From Octopus vulgaris (Eukaryota): DNA of 64,000 bases. The notes below the pieces were generated by a model, which saw nothing but the letters and a program-made list of their open reading frames with translations, made no database searches and was not told where the DNA came from. This document shows, piece after piece, positions 21,669 through 63,820 of this stretch (positions within the stretch are counted from its first letter, which is position 1; every line of letters begins with the position of its first letter). The DNA is taken from the NCBI GenBank assembly GCA_951406725.2, contig OX597836.1, positions 23,002,001 through 23,066,000 on the forward strand. The letters are read 5' to 3'. The position numbers and the translations under genes are program-made.

Positions 21669-24600
21669 TAAAAAGAAGTGAAAGAGATTAATGGATGAAT
21701 AAATCCAGGCAGATAAAGTTAACTAAGTCAAACAAACAGATACCAATTTATTCAAGTAGAATTAACATCCAAGGTAATCCTTCATGTTTGACAAATCCAA
21801 ATATCACTCAGAAGAATTTCAAGAATTTTGGAAATATCTTGAATTGATGAAGAATAAAAAGTTTTGAATGGTACAACAATGCACTATAATACAGACAATG
21901 GTCTATACACCTGTTGTTTAGAGTGTCTGTATATATTTTATCCCTTTCATTACCAACCTGGCTGAAACCAGCTCTAGCTCTGAGTACAAATGTCTTGTTT
22001 TCATAAGTTCTGAAATAAAATCTTCCACCAAACCTTAATCACAATTTATATTCCTAACACTAGCAGAATGATAACTAAGTTATTTTACTAAATTCTTTGT
22101 TGTATTTAAAGTAATTGAAAGGAACACAGAGCATCTCAAATATGGTAACGAAAGGGTTAATCAATGAAATTCCAACTTAGTCTGGTTTTCATGTTTTATT
22201 AATTGCAATTTTTACAATTTTACTTTTATACAATATTGAAATAAACTAGTACTTTCATGTGTTATGCAATCATCAGGTTTATGTGGTGACAGTCATGTTC
22301 TACAACTGACAACTGTTGTAAAAATGGTTAGATTTATCCTTTAAATACTCTCCAATGGGCTCCAGCAAGGTGAATCTTATGAACTGTGTTTTTACCAATC
22401 AGTATGTGGTTAGATGTATATGGTTGATATATTAAAATTACCTCCACAACCAGAGTAATGTATCATAATTACCAAAGAGCAATTAAGACCAGCCCTACCT
22501 GAGATGGGGAGATAATCACAAGATTCAAAAATACTCCAATGCTTACTTGCCATCAGGAAAAGGACAAGCTTATTGTCTGGAAACAAGAGGATAGTCAGTG
22601 CACCAGCATCACTGGGCAGGGAGAGGGCACTTGAAGAAAGAGTATGGTGGTGGAGGTGGTGTAATCGATGGAGCATCATTGGACAATTCAACATTTAGAA
22701 ATGAAACAACAAAAAAAGACAGGGAAAATAGTACAGGCATGTCCCCTGCATCTCTCTTCATCTGAGTGTTCCTAATCTTGCGGGCTCATGGGTGCTGGTG
22801 CCGCATAAAAGAACCTGTGCCAGTGTTGGGTAAAAGCACCCACTACACTTTATAAAATGGTTGGCATTAGTAAGGGCATCAAGCTGTAGAAACCATGCCA
22901 AAATGGACATGGAGTCCAGGCAGCTCCTGTCAAACCGTCCAACCCATGCCAGCATGGAACAGGGACGTTAAACGATGATGATGCTGGAGAGAAGGGGAAT
23001 GAAATATATTTCACAGCATTTCAATTAGAACCCCTCCTCTTTCCTCACCTCCACTGAGAACAAATGAAATCCAATTCTGTCATTTTCCACAGAAATGCAC
23101 TCTTATTTTCCTTTCTATATGTCTCTCTCTCTCTCACACTACATAAAACAATAATGTTAGGTTGATGTAAGAAATAAGTATTTAAAAAACAAAAACATCT
23201 CAAGTAAGCTCCAGTCCTTTTTGTCTTCCTTCCTCTATCACTCATTCTTTCTTTCACTTGGCCCCCTCCCTATCGAAAACACTGGATTAACTCCTCAATC
23301 ATTTGCCAAATTTCTCGCATCATGTTTATATATCAGAAATTGTTAAAAAAATAGCAGACTTGTTAATATGTTGAAATAAATGCCATGTGATATTTCTTCT
23401 GGCCCTTTATGCCTTTCATTATTCTTAGGGTTGCTGCAATAAAGTACCTGTCAATTATTGGGGTTGATGTAATTGATGACACCCTCCCGTCAAAATTGCT
23501 GGTTTTGGGCTTATAGTAGAAAGAATTAATAGCAGAATCATTAGGGTGTCGGGTAGTAAACCTGATAGTATTTCTCCTGGCTCTTCTGAGTTCAAATTGT
23601 GCTGAGGTCAACTTCACTTTCCATCCCTTCCAGGTTGATGGTTGATAAAATACAGTACCGGTCAAGTACTGGGGTTGATGTTAACTAGATCCTTTCCCTT
23701 GAAATTCCAAGCCTTTTACCTTCATCATCATCGTCATCGTTTAACATCCACTTTCCATGCTAGCATGGGTTGGACGGTCATTAACTATTAGTAATTAATT
23801 AATAGTTACAAGGGAGTGATGGAAAGTTCCTAGAGAAGAACCTTCTGAGTTCTTTTACAAGGCTTCGAAAAACTGAAGGGCTGCTGCAACAAGTGTGTGA
23901 ACCTGAGAGGGAAATAGGTTGAATAAAATCACAACTGATCCCCCCGTATATTCTTTTACCCAAAGCTAGGAACATTTTAGTACTCCTTCATATAAGGTGG
24001 TGAGCTAGTAGAATCCTTAGCATGCCAGGCAAAATGCTTAGTAGTATTTCATCTGTCTTTATGTTTTGAGTTCAACCTTGCCTTTCATCTTTTTGGGGTC
24101 CATAAAATAAGTACCAGTTGAGCACTGGGGTTGATGTAATCAAATAGCCCCCTCCAGCCAAATTTTAGGCCTTGTGTCTATCATTTCATTATCACCAAAA
24201 AGCAGTGAGCTGACAGAATTGCTAGCATGCCAAGCAAAATGCTTAGCGGTAGTTCTCCAAGATATGTTTATGACTACAGGTGTAAGTTCCATCTAATTTG
24301 GATTCTAGGTTTGCACTATACAAAAGGATTAACTTGATTGTTGGACATAAAAAATATTATCTGTATATCATATACAATATTTTATACATATATATATATA
24401 CACACACACACATACATATGTAATATACAAAAATACACCATCCATTACACACACAGATGAAGAGCCATGCACGATATTTCCTTCATTTTAAAACGATTGT
24501 TCTTTAATTAAAATTTAAATTGAAAATAAAGGATAAATGCAAAAGAGAATATTTTTAGATAAATATATACAAATGCTCTTTTAATCAAAATTTTTACAAT

Positions 24601-24690
24601 TTTCAGGAAAAAAAAAAACTGAAAATACTGCAAATATTTTACATCAGAAAATTGTTTTGTTTTTTGTTTTTTTTAAAATTTTTGTTGTGT

Positions 24691-52844
<28,154 letters not shown>

Positions 52845-53348
52845 TTTTGCCGCGATTAAAATTCGTAAAACGTATTTTTTTAATATTAAACCAATCCACT
52901 TTCACTATTAAGACATTTTTATTAAGGTAAAAGTATAAATAAAATAGGCCTTTGACGGAAGTGAACGATAACATTAGCTGTACAGCAGCAACGATATGCA
53001 ACCTGAAGAAAAAAAAACAAATCCGTTCAAATATTATGACGCAAACTTTCCTCAGCGATTAAATACATGTGATGTAAATTTATTTAAATATATCTGAAAA
53101 AATAAATTATTGAAAACTAGAATAAATTTAGCTTTAGTCTGTACTTAAATAAAATAGAAACGTAAACAACAGCTCCACACTGAAGTGTCCCGCCAATGTT
53201 GTCATAGTTACAAAGGGAGATGATGGCAGTCGTTTCACTGCGCGGAAGCCAATTTTCGTAATATTTTCCTCTATTTTTATTTCTATGCTCTATTAACGTA
53301 ATCAGTTTAATTGTTGTGTTGTGGCAGATAACAAAAAGCAACAAAAAA
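52845..53348. promoter_or_regulatory. Putative bidirectional promoter and 5'UTRs shared by DHX16 and SSNA1
   Basis: 504 bp between divergent ATGs with no recognisable repeat; ETS-like CGGAAGTG (52956) and CGGAAG (53243), E2F-like TCCCGCCA (53188), TGACGCAA (53037). Confidence 0.7.
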
Positions 53349-53400
53349 ATGACTCTTCAAGGTGCTACATTACAAACATACAACAATGAACTTGTCAAAT
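53349..53400 (+). CDS. SSNA1: SSNA1 exon 1
   Basis: ATG 53349; donor gtaagt, phase 1. Confidence 0.93.
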
Positions 53401-53864
53401 GTAAGTACTTGGTTCGTCTTTGAAAAATATTTCGAGGAAAAATCGGTATTGTTTGATTCTTTCACCCGCACGATTTTCACTAAGAAAAAGGAGAAAAAAA
53501 AAAAGCTCAGATTTTTTTGCGTGGAATCAAGTACACTGTCTTCCTAATATGCTGCAAACTCCTTATTTTTGTTCGGAAAAGGCTGGGGCCGAACCTCTCC
53601 CCCCTAATCCCAGGATCATTGGAATTACATGGTTTGTTATTATATATTTAGAGAATATAACGTTTATATTGTGTATATTCTCCGCTGAACATATTTTTTT
53701 CTGAAGTCGTGGTGTATATGTGCATGCATGTATGTATATATGTATATATATATATATATATATGTATGTATATATATATGTATGTATGTATATATGTATG
53801 TATGTATATATGTATGTATATATGTATGTATGTATATATGTATGTATGTATATATGTATGTATG

Positions 53865-53900
<36 letters not shown>

Positions 53901-56900
53901 TGTATGTATATATGTATGTATGTATGTATATATGTATGTATATACATGTATGTATATATGTATGTATATGTATGTATGTATATATATATATATATATATA
54001 ATAGCGGTATATGTTTATGTAGACAGGTAAAAAATTCACCGACCAAGTATGGTATTTGTTTCTTTTCAAAAAAAAAAAAAAAACGGATTTTTTTGCGTAG
54101 AATCAAGTACCCTGACCTCCTAATATGCTGCAAACCCCTTATTTTTTGTTCGGAAAAAAAGGTGGGGAACTGGACCCTCTTTCTATTGTTCCCTAATGTA
54201 TATTATATTTTAAAGCTTTTTGATATTCGGTATGAACGGACATACCTTCCCCCTTTTAGTCCGTTAAATCGAGAGCTTACTGTATATGAAATATCCGTTA
54301 TAGCATTCTAGATAGTTACTATCGTTGATATTCTTACAGTTTCCTATAGGCTTTTATGGTGGACTATGGGGATAACATCGGTGAAACCTTGTACTCAGTT
54401 ATTTCAAAGGTCTAAAGATTTCAACATATTGTCGTGGACTTCTGCATTACTGTAGACAACATCCAAACTACGACGATCACATTTACGTAGCAAGTTGCAG
54501 AGGGTGGACGTGATTAAATATCATTCTATTCTCTGAATGGCTGACAGTTCAATTCCCACCACTGGTACTGCTATATATCCCTGGCTAAAACATCGCTGCT
54601 ATTTAATATCATTGCTAGCAGAGATGTGAAGTTTGTATGTCAGGAAATCTTTTGTTGTCTGCAATGTAGGGCACAAGGTAACTGGAGTTACTTCACACAA
54701 TTTACATACATCATATGATCAACCTGATGGTTAGGTGCTTTTTATGTGGCACAAGTACTTTTAATATGGCATCAACATGAGTGCTTTTCATGTGGTACTA
54801 GCACTGGTATCAATTCTGTTGTGGTCCTGTTGTTCAATAGCAGTAACCAACAAAGCCTACTTCATGTTAAGCAATAATAGCAGAGATGAGTAGAATGTGT
54901 CCATAAATCTCCTTTAGTCTTGTACTCATGCCATGAGATGTTTTGAATCCCCATGAGAAGCTTGGTTTATGTACCATCAAAGCAATCTTGAAGTTCCTTC
55001 TTCATAGCCTAAGTTTCAGCTCCACTGAGAAGAATGCTCTCTACTCATGTCCAAAAGAATGCCTGCCTTGTTGACTTAGAAAACCTTCACCATCAACCAG
55101 AAGTGATCAAGGCATCAGTAGAACCTGCATCTCTCTGGCCTAGACAATTCTGACAATCTTACCTCTTGCCCTGCGAACCATCAAAAACATCAGATGGTAC
55201 CATCATGTTTCCAACAAAGAACTACATGTGTGTACACATCAGCCTGCAGCCTCCCATCTCATAGCTATCCATCACATGTGCTGGTATGGACATGTCTTCT
55301 GTCTCCTGCTAGATCATCCTACTGGAGCTTTACTCTGATTTGATGCAGCAGCTGCGTGGAAGGCTCTACACTAAATGGTTGGACATAATTGGGAAAGATT
55401 TCTAGAGGCTCAGTGTTACTCTGGAGAATGCAGAGGGGCTGGCATGGGACCACCAGCAATAGAGAATACTGGGGATCTGGTTGGCTCTACACATCATCAT
55501 CATCACCATCATTTAGCATCCGCTTTCCATGCTAGCATGGGTTGGACGGTTCAACTGGGGTCTGGGAAGCCAGGAGGCTGCGCCAGGCCCAGTCTGATCT
55601 GGCAGTGTTTCTACGGCTGGATGCCCTTCCTAATGCCAACCACTCCGTGAGTGTAGTGGGTACTTTTTACGTGCCACCGGCACGTGGGCGTATATAGAAA
55701 CAAGATTCGCCAACACTACACCTGATTTTCTCCCCTCCATACACACACAAGCATGTATCTGACTCATACACTGTCCACTTCCCAGACATTTGTACATTAC
55801 TGCATATGCTTTATACGCACATTTGACAAGTTGTGGTGCACCTGAGCACTGTATACAATAATTTCATTATTATTATTATTATTATTACTAACTTGGGATG
55901 TTCCCAACCCCATCAAGCAAGAGCATGAAGCAAAGCTTTATCACATCAACCAATAACAACAACAGATGTTGATGAAAGTGATTATTGTGAATGAGATGTC
56001 AGTTTGGTTAATTGAAACTAATTCCTGAATTATGACCTTCTCTAATGTGTTTTGAAACATGTAAAAGATGTGGCTATTCAAGCAGTAGTAAAAACTGGTG
56101 CTCCATCAGTAACAACGATGAGGGCTCCAGTTGATCCAATCAATGGAACAGCCTGCTTGTGAAATTAACGTGCAAGTGGCTGAGCACTCCGCAGATATGC
56201 GTATGAGAATATGTTAAGGTTTAACATAATTCTCATGGTGAGTCAGCGTGACACAATGTCACAAGACTGACCCTTTGAAATACAGGTCCTACTCAATTTT
56301 GCCAGCTTAGTGGACTGGAACATGAAATAAAGAGTCTTGCTCAAGAACAGATGTTGGCATGAGTCAAACTGATGATCCTATAATGAGCTGAATACCCTAA
56401 TCATGAAGCCCTGTGCCTTCACTTAAGCAATAATAGCATCGTGGTGAACTGGTAGATGGAAAAACATTGCTGTAAGAATTTATTTGTATATAAAACCAGA
56501 GTTTACAAAGAAATTGTTCAGTGGGGAGATCATTGTTTCTTTTGCTTTAAGAAATTATTATACATTGCCTATCTGCTACAGCAGAATTGGTATTGATGCT
56601 GGTGCCACAATATAAAAAAGTACTTGTACTGATGCCACATAAAAAGTATCCAGTACACTCTGTGGAGTGGTTGGTATTAAGAAGGGCATCCAACAGTAGA
56701 AACCAAGCCAGAACAGACAATGGAGTCTGGTGCAGCCCCCAGTCTTACCAGCTCTGGTCAATCCATCCAACCCATGCTAGCATGGAAAATGGATGTTAGA
56801 TGATGTCCATGTTTCTTTTGCTCATGTAGATGATGTCCATGTTTCATTGCTCATGTACATTGTGTTGGAACGGTAAAGAAGCAAAGCATCTTCTAAGAAG

Positions 56901-59560
56901 TGAAGTATGATAGCCCAGCATTGAGAAGATACAACCTAAAGTTTGGAACTGTTTGATGTGTGTGTGTGTTGCTTGAACTGTCTGAGTCACTGAAACCCTT
57001 GCAAATGTCTACAATTCCAAATGAACAAGAAAGACTACCTGTTGATTTTGATTGTAGATGTAACTAGCAGTATTGCTCGGGTTTGTAAGGGAAATAACTA
57101 TATAAGCATTTTTAGAGAGTTATAGCAAAAAAATGCATTAAAAATGGGAAAAAAATTATGGTAAATTTTTTTTTAAATCGTTGACTCATCGTAGACATTT
57201 TTAGAGAGTTACTTCCCTTATATAATAGCGAAAAATGCATTAAAATGGAAAAAAAATGATGGTAAATTATTTTTAAAATCATAGACTCATCGTAGACGCG
57301 CGCTAATACCCAGAAGGACTCGATATGAATCACGACTATAAGATACCCGGTTTTGGTTAAACTGCAACGCAAAATGTGGGAGTAGTTAGGAATCTAAATC
57401 GTAGGAGACAGACACACAACTTCACTTTAATATATAAAGACATCTTGTCAGTTGGAGATATTTGTCAGGAAATCAACTGAAATAATTAGTGTAAATGGTG
57501 GACAGCATAAAAAAGAAAGGACATTATCAACATCTAACATCTGTTTTCTGTGTTGGCATGGGTTGGATTACTTGAGAGGAGGTAACAAGGCCAGGGGTCA
57601 CACTAGGTTCCATAGTCTGTTTTGACTTGGTTTTTTATGCCCTTCTTAACACCAATCACTCCACAGAGTGTACTGCAGGCTTTTTATGTGACACCTTGGT
57701 CTTAGGATCTCAATCCTGTTGTCGTGGGTGGCTCTTCTTGAGTACAGCAATGTACCACATATCTTGATCCTCTTTCACCTCCTTCATAAAGTTCAGCATT
57801 TTGAGATTGGTCTTCATTACTTCATCCCATGTCTTCCTGGGTCTCCCTCTTCTACAACTTCCCTCCACTTTAAGTGACCAGCACTTCTTTATGCAACTGT
57901 CCTCATCCATCCACATCAAGTAATCAAACCAACACAATCTCTTCTCTTGTGCACTACATCTAATTCCTCTTATGCCCAACTTCTCTCTCAATACACAAAT
58001 ACTTTGTTGCAATACACACTGATATTGCACTTCAAGAAGAGCATTGCAGCTTTATTCCTCTCCAGCCTTTGCACATTCTCTGCATTTGGGGGCCAGGATT
58101 AGCTTTGTGCTTTAAAGGGAAGAGATGTTTGGGGCATTAGCATAGAGGGAATGAAAAAGAGGTAGTTTGCCTTTTCCCCTTTGTGATATTTCTTTTGTGT
58201 TTCTTTCCTGTCTCTGTAGGTATTGAAGAGCTTTGTAACAAAAGGGACATCTTAAAACGACAGATAGAACAGGAGGCAGAAGAGAAAGCGAAACTTCAGA
58301 GTGATATCCACATTCTTACAGAGAGGTTGTCAAAAGTAAATGAAAGTCTGAGCAGAAAACTTTCAGTCCAAAATGAATTTGATCGGACAATTTGTGAAAC
58401 AGAAACCGCATACAAGAAGGTTTGTAGCTAATTCATTTGTATAACTCCATATTGATAATGTTGTTTAGATCCAGGTCACACCTTGCTCCCACATCCAACA
58501 GTTATTCCAGATATGGCCAACCTGCTCCCCCCCACTACTCCTGCTCATGATCAGATATGCACATATTGTTGGCCACTTAGGGATATGCTCAAGTAGTTAT
58601 GGTCAAGCAACTGACAAGCAAATCTATGGTATTGAGCAGAATATTTGCTATAAAGATATTTCTGCCTCAGCAACTTGGCGCTGAATCTGTCTGAAGTGTA
58701 ATGGGAAGTAGGTCAGTCCAGGTCAGAAAAGCAAAGTTTGAAGAGAATAGAAGTCATTTCCTTTGATTTCTAGGCAGAAGCAAATAGGAAATAACTTTCA
58801 GACCAAAGACAAAATAAATTAAAATGTTGTTACACATTTCTCACCCACAACATCTCTATTCTCTTTGATACACTGCTTTGTAATCCAGAACACATCACAC
58901 TTTTTTATCCTCACTCTGTAAAACATTGGCGAATCTACTTTCTGCTTCTCGTTTTGCTATATAAACATATTGCCTAACTTCTCACTTCTGGCTACCTCAT
59001 ATAATTCTCTGCTACCACTATTTTTCCAGTCTTTCTAAGCCTGTCCCTTTGCTTTTATTTCACTGTCTGCTTTCTTGTTCCACCACCAGGTCACCTTTGG
59101 TCTGACCAGGTCCCCACACAGTGGCACTGAACCTGAAACCATGTGGTTGAGAAACAGGCTTAAGTACAATTTCTGTGTTTCAAATTCCTTTTACAAAGTA
59201 TTGTTCAATGACACAAGGCTGAAGTAAAAGACATTTAAAAGCCTAAGTGCTGCACTGTGGGATTGAACCTGGAACCACATGTCTGCAATGAGAACTTACC
59301 GCCCCCTCCTTCCCCTTGACGCAGTAATTCCTCCATCTATTCAAGCAAATTGTATGATAGCAGATTTTTAATTAGAGATAGTAATTAGCTGGTGTCATTA
59401 CGTGGGGTCCCAGAGTTCATCAGAAAGAAAAAGGACAAATTATGCAACCTTAATTTTTTTTTTTTTTTTTCAGATTTTAGAAAGTTCTGAAACCCTTCTG
59501 AATGTCTTGAAGCGAGAATCTCAACGAGTACTGGGAGAGAATAACAACGACTTAATATGA
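53349..59560 (+). CDS. SSNA1: SSNA1/NA14 microtubule-associated coiled-coil protein, 3 exons, 112 aa
   Basis: Exons 53349-53400, 58220-58419 and 59474-59560 give [26 protein letters not shown]...[31 protein letters not shown]..., matching the SSNA1 signature [12 protein letters not shown]. Confidence 0.95.
53714..54000. repeat. Compound (TATG/TA)n microsatellite in SSNA1 intron 1
   Basis: Direct reading. Confidence 0.95.
55702..55887 (+). mobile_element. CR1-like LINE 3'UTR fragment
   Basis: Same 3' end and (ATT)n tail as 12445-12632. Confidence 0.75.
57064..57440 (-). mobile_element. Helitron-like non-autonomous element
   Basis: Minus strand begins TCtttatatattaaag and ends gcaatactgCTAG followed by T; internal tandem duplication of about 100 bp. 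Confidence 0.55.
57715..58085 (-). mobile_element. RTE-like LINE 3' fragment; related pieces near 45605-45712 (+) and 15190-15470 (-)
   Basis: [10 protein letters not shown]...RLCWF...[17 protein letters not shown]. Confidence 0.75.
58220..58419 (+). CDS. SSNA1: SSNA1 exon 2
   Basis: ctgtag| and |gtttgt. Confidence 0.95.
59474..59560 (+). CDS. SSNA1: SSNA1 exon 3
   Basis: poly-T-cag| acceptor; TGA 59558-59560. Confidence 0.93.
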   Translation: MLESSETLLNVLKRESQRVLGENNNDLI

Positions 59561-62500
59561 CAGCAGTATCATTTCAACATGGTGCTATACACAACGCCAT
59601 TCTGCTCCTCCTTATATTCTAGTACCTGGTCTGTGGAAGTTGGCAAGAATTTAGGAATCCCAGTTACTGCATCATCATCAACATTATCATTCCTTTGGAA
59701 ATATCAGCAGCACAAACATGTAAAATGTACTTGTATACACATAGACACACACACACACACACACCCACTCACAAATTATTTTTTTCTATTTGACTTTTCT
59801 TTGGTACCTGTTGACTTCCAACCACTAATAATTCCTGGGAGATAAGCGTGGTGAAAGTGAGCAGAGAAAGCTTAACAAGATGTCTTACAGTATCTTGTTT
59901 GACATCTAAGTTTTGTGTTGGAATCTGACTTGCTTTGATTTTTGTCTTTCATCTCTTTATGTGTTTCTCAAAATAAACGACACTAACCAACCTTTTTGGA
60001 TTATTAAGTAAATCTATCAAGTTTTCTGTCTATAAAATAGTTATTTACTTTAGCACTACTGTGCCAGGGTCTTCAGTTACAATCCTCTACCGAAGTCAAC
60101 TTATAAGTCTTTCATGTTGATTATTAAAAAATAAACACTCACCTGTAATACATAACAATATATACCTAACTTTAATATATATACATTGATGAACTGTGCT
60201 GTATACGTTTGGTAACATTGTCTGTGTATGAATGGGGGTCGGATAGTACAAGGTATTAGTCCCCAAAGAGAATATTTTCTAGAATTTATCAACTGGAATA
60301 TTTTCCCTTTAGAAGGAAAATTACCATTTCTGTGAAAAGGCCAAACTCTTCTGAAAATTCTAATTTTATTATTTGTTCTTCTTTGCAATTTGAACTTTTC
60401 AAAGAACTAGAAATATGAAATTATGCAAATAGAATTTTTTTCCTATAAATGTTCCATTCAGAATTTAATGAAATTTTTGGGCCAACTGTGTAAATATAAA
60501 ACATATTTCTGGTTTATTTTTACTTTGTATGTTTTGTTAATAAAAAAAATAATTTAAAAAGGAAAAATTAACAAACAAAACTAGGAGTTGGCTCTACTTA
60601 TGTAAGGCCTAATTACTCTCCCAAGTCCTTCACTGACCAACATATACCTCATTTACCTTTCCCTTAGGGAACCATAATTGGCTAAAAATAACTGTCAAGT
60701 TTTTCTCAGATCATTGGTTTAAATCTCACAGAGCAAGTGTTCTCCCACGGTCAACTTTACGTTGGATGCTGCATCAGTCTATACATTTGTGCATCAGAAG
60801 GGAAAACGAGAAACATCGCCTACAAAGAAGTGCTCCACTGAAAAGACGGCATTTCTTCACATCTTTCAAATCACTGACCGTCATACACCTCATTTACTTT
60901 CCCCTTAGGGAACCATAATTTGCTAAAAATAACTGTCAAGTTTTTCTCAGATCATGAGTCCTTCCTTATCTACCTCTTGTGCTGTAATTTGAGGGACATT
61001 TGGGTTCTGTTTCTAACAGATACAGTGACTGGTTAGAGCAGTGTTTCTCAACCGTTTTTAACTTATGAATCCCTTTGCTGCCTGTTTAACTCAGGTGGGC
61101 CTCCATAGCTGTTTGAAGTTTTAAAAAGTTCCCATTATATTTTTATAACTAAATATTATTAGGAATTCATCATCATCATCATCGTTTAACGTCCATTCTC
61201 CATGCTAGCATGGGTTGGACGGTTCGACCGGGTATCTGGGAAGCCAGAAGGCTGCTCCAGTCTGATCTGGCAGTGTTTCTACAGCTGGATGCCCTTCCTA
61301 ATGCCAAATTGTATGAAAATAATTTTCTTGTACCAAGCTCTGCACTATGTCCAATACAGTTCACTTAGTTCTATTTAGAAACCAGTCTGGAATAGAATAT
61401 ATGGATGTGAATGTTCAAATTAATGCAGTTTTCGATGTTGGCATGGGTTGGATAGCTTGATAGGGGCTGCATCAGGTTCAATAGTCAGTTTTTGCTTGAT
61501 TTCTACAGCTGGATGACCTTCCAGAATGTACTGAGTACTTCTTACATGGTACCATCACTAATGCTTGTTACTTCCTAATGCCAAAGTGTACTGAGTGCTT
61601 CTTACATAGCACCAGCACCTACACCAATGCTTTTTGCGTGAGTACCTTGGTTTTAGGATCCCAATGCCATTGTATGATTTTGTATATCATCATCATTTAG
61701 CGTCCGCTTTCCATGCTAGCATGGGTTGGACATATAATAATACAAATATATACAAAGGGATGTTGAAAAGCTCCTGGCTTTTGAGAGTGTCACGAAAAGC
61801 CTGGTTGGAGGTCCAACTTTCCAAGTTCTTTTACAGGGCTTAGAAAAATTGAAGGACAGCTGCAATAAGTGTGTAAACCCAAGAGGAATGTGCTGAATAA
61901 AATCATAACTGATCCTCCTATATTTTCTTTTACCCAAAGGCAGAAACTTTTCAGGACATCCTTGTATATGTATGTATATATATATATATATATATATTTA
62001 TAATTCATACAAAGACCATCATGAAAATAGTTATTGTTAGAAGAGTAAAAACAACAATAAACAAAATACTTGTATCCAAAGAGAATTTCCATCAAACTGG
62101 AAATTATCTGGGTTAAAAGAAGAAATGCTCAGCACCTGTGAATTCTGAGCGGTAAAAAATATTACTTGGTACTTTTAAACATTTAACAGAGTCTGGCATT
62201 AAAAAGGTCTTTAACTGATAATGGAAATATCCTGTGATTCTTTAACTTTTTTTTATTTAACTTCAACCACTGAATTCTTGAAAATATATTTCAAATTCCT
62301 GTGAGAGAATCACAAATTCTCACTCCATTCAAGCTTACCTGAAACTCAAAAAAAATTGTATTTGTGTGTTTGTACCCTCAACCCAATGGTGCAGGTTCCA
62401 CCATGTGATTAAGATGATCTTGCAATCATGTAGTTCAGAGTTCAATCCTAAAGCATGAAAATTTGGGCAAATGTCTTCTACATTTGCATTGGGTTGACCT

Positions 62501-63820
62501 GTGTATATATATATATGTATTTTTTTTTACTCTTTTGTTTCAGTCATTTGACTGCAGCCATGCTGGAGCACCGCCTTTTGTCGAGCAAATCAACCCCAGG
62601 ACTAATTCACTGCAAGCCTAGTACTTATTCTATTGGTCTCTTTTGCCGAACCACTAAGTTATGGGGATGTAAACACACTAGCATCGGTTGTCAAGCGATG
62701 TTGGGGGGGACAAACACACACATATATATATATATATGACAGGATTCTTTTCAGTTTCCGTCTACCAAATCCACTCACAAGGCTTTGGTCGGCCTAAGGT
62801 TATAGTAGAAGACACTTGACCAAGGTGCCACACAGTGGGACTGAACCCAGAACTATGTGGTTGGTAAGCAAGCTACTTACCACACAGCCACTCCTGTAAA
62901 ATTTTAAAACAAATAAAATTTAAAATTTGTGTTGTATGCCGATAAGGCACTGCCTATGGCTACCTGGCATAATCCATGGTAATTGTACAATTGTTATTGG
63001 GCTTACATTAGGAATTCCTCAGTGTATGTTGAGTATAAAAGAGATGGAAGGCAAAATATATATATATAATTACCATCCTGAAATACAACAGTGTATGTGT
63101 ATAAATCATCATCATCATCGTTTAACGTCCGCTTTCCATGCTAGCATGGGTTGGACGGTTCAACTGGGGTCTGAGAAGCCAGAAGGCTGCACCAGGCCCA
63201 GTCTGATCTGGCAGTGTTTCTACAGCTGGATGCCCTTCCTAACGCCTATCTTTTACTTGTTTGTCATTTGACTGGCCATGCTACGGCACCACCTTAGTGT
63301 ATGTGTATATATGTATGTTTGTGTGTGTGTAAACAGCAGTCTCCCACCTTTGGCCTGCATCAGAATTCAGCCTGCTACAAAAATTCTTTGAGCATCCAAA
63401 TAAATCCATGCAGGAGGTGCCACACACAAAAGACATACCTTTCCATTTTCTAGTCTTTGTCGGTTGTGTTCCAGATATGTTTTAAATGAAGGGTGCAGGA
63501 ATTTTACAGTCACTAGTGACAGTAAATTTATCTTGTGCTTACACTAAAATTTAAGATATAACATTGTTATTCTTCAAATGCCCATTTTTATGAAACCACA
63601 AGTCAATTGGGGTTACACATCTCTCAGCATTTTATTTTGTCTTTGAGAGCCAACATTTTAACATCATCATTTCTTCCAACGTATATTGCGTTTAATTTAG
63701 TGAGCCAAATCATAAATCATGCTGCAAATAATATACAGGTAAAAAAATAAGTGCAATTCTTCAAAATTCTTTTTTTTTTTTCTCCACTAAACTGATTACA
63801 AACAGCAGTACCACCTGTGG

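Noticed and set aside
53563-54311. ORFs up to 200 aa (YI/MYV-rich)
   Set aside because: Stop-free microsatellite artefacts.
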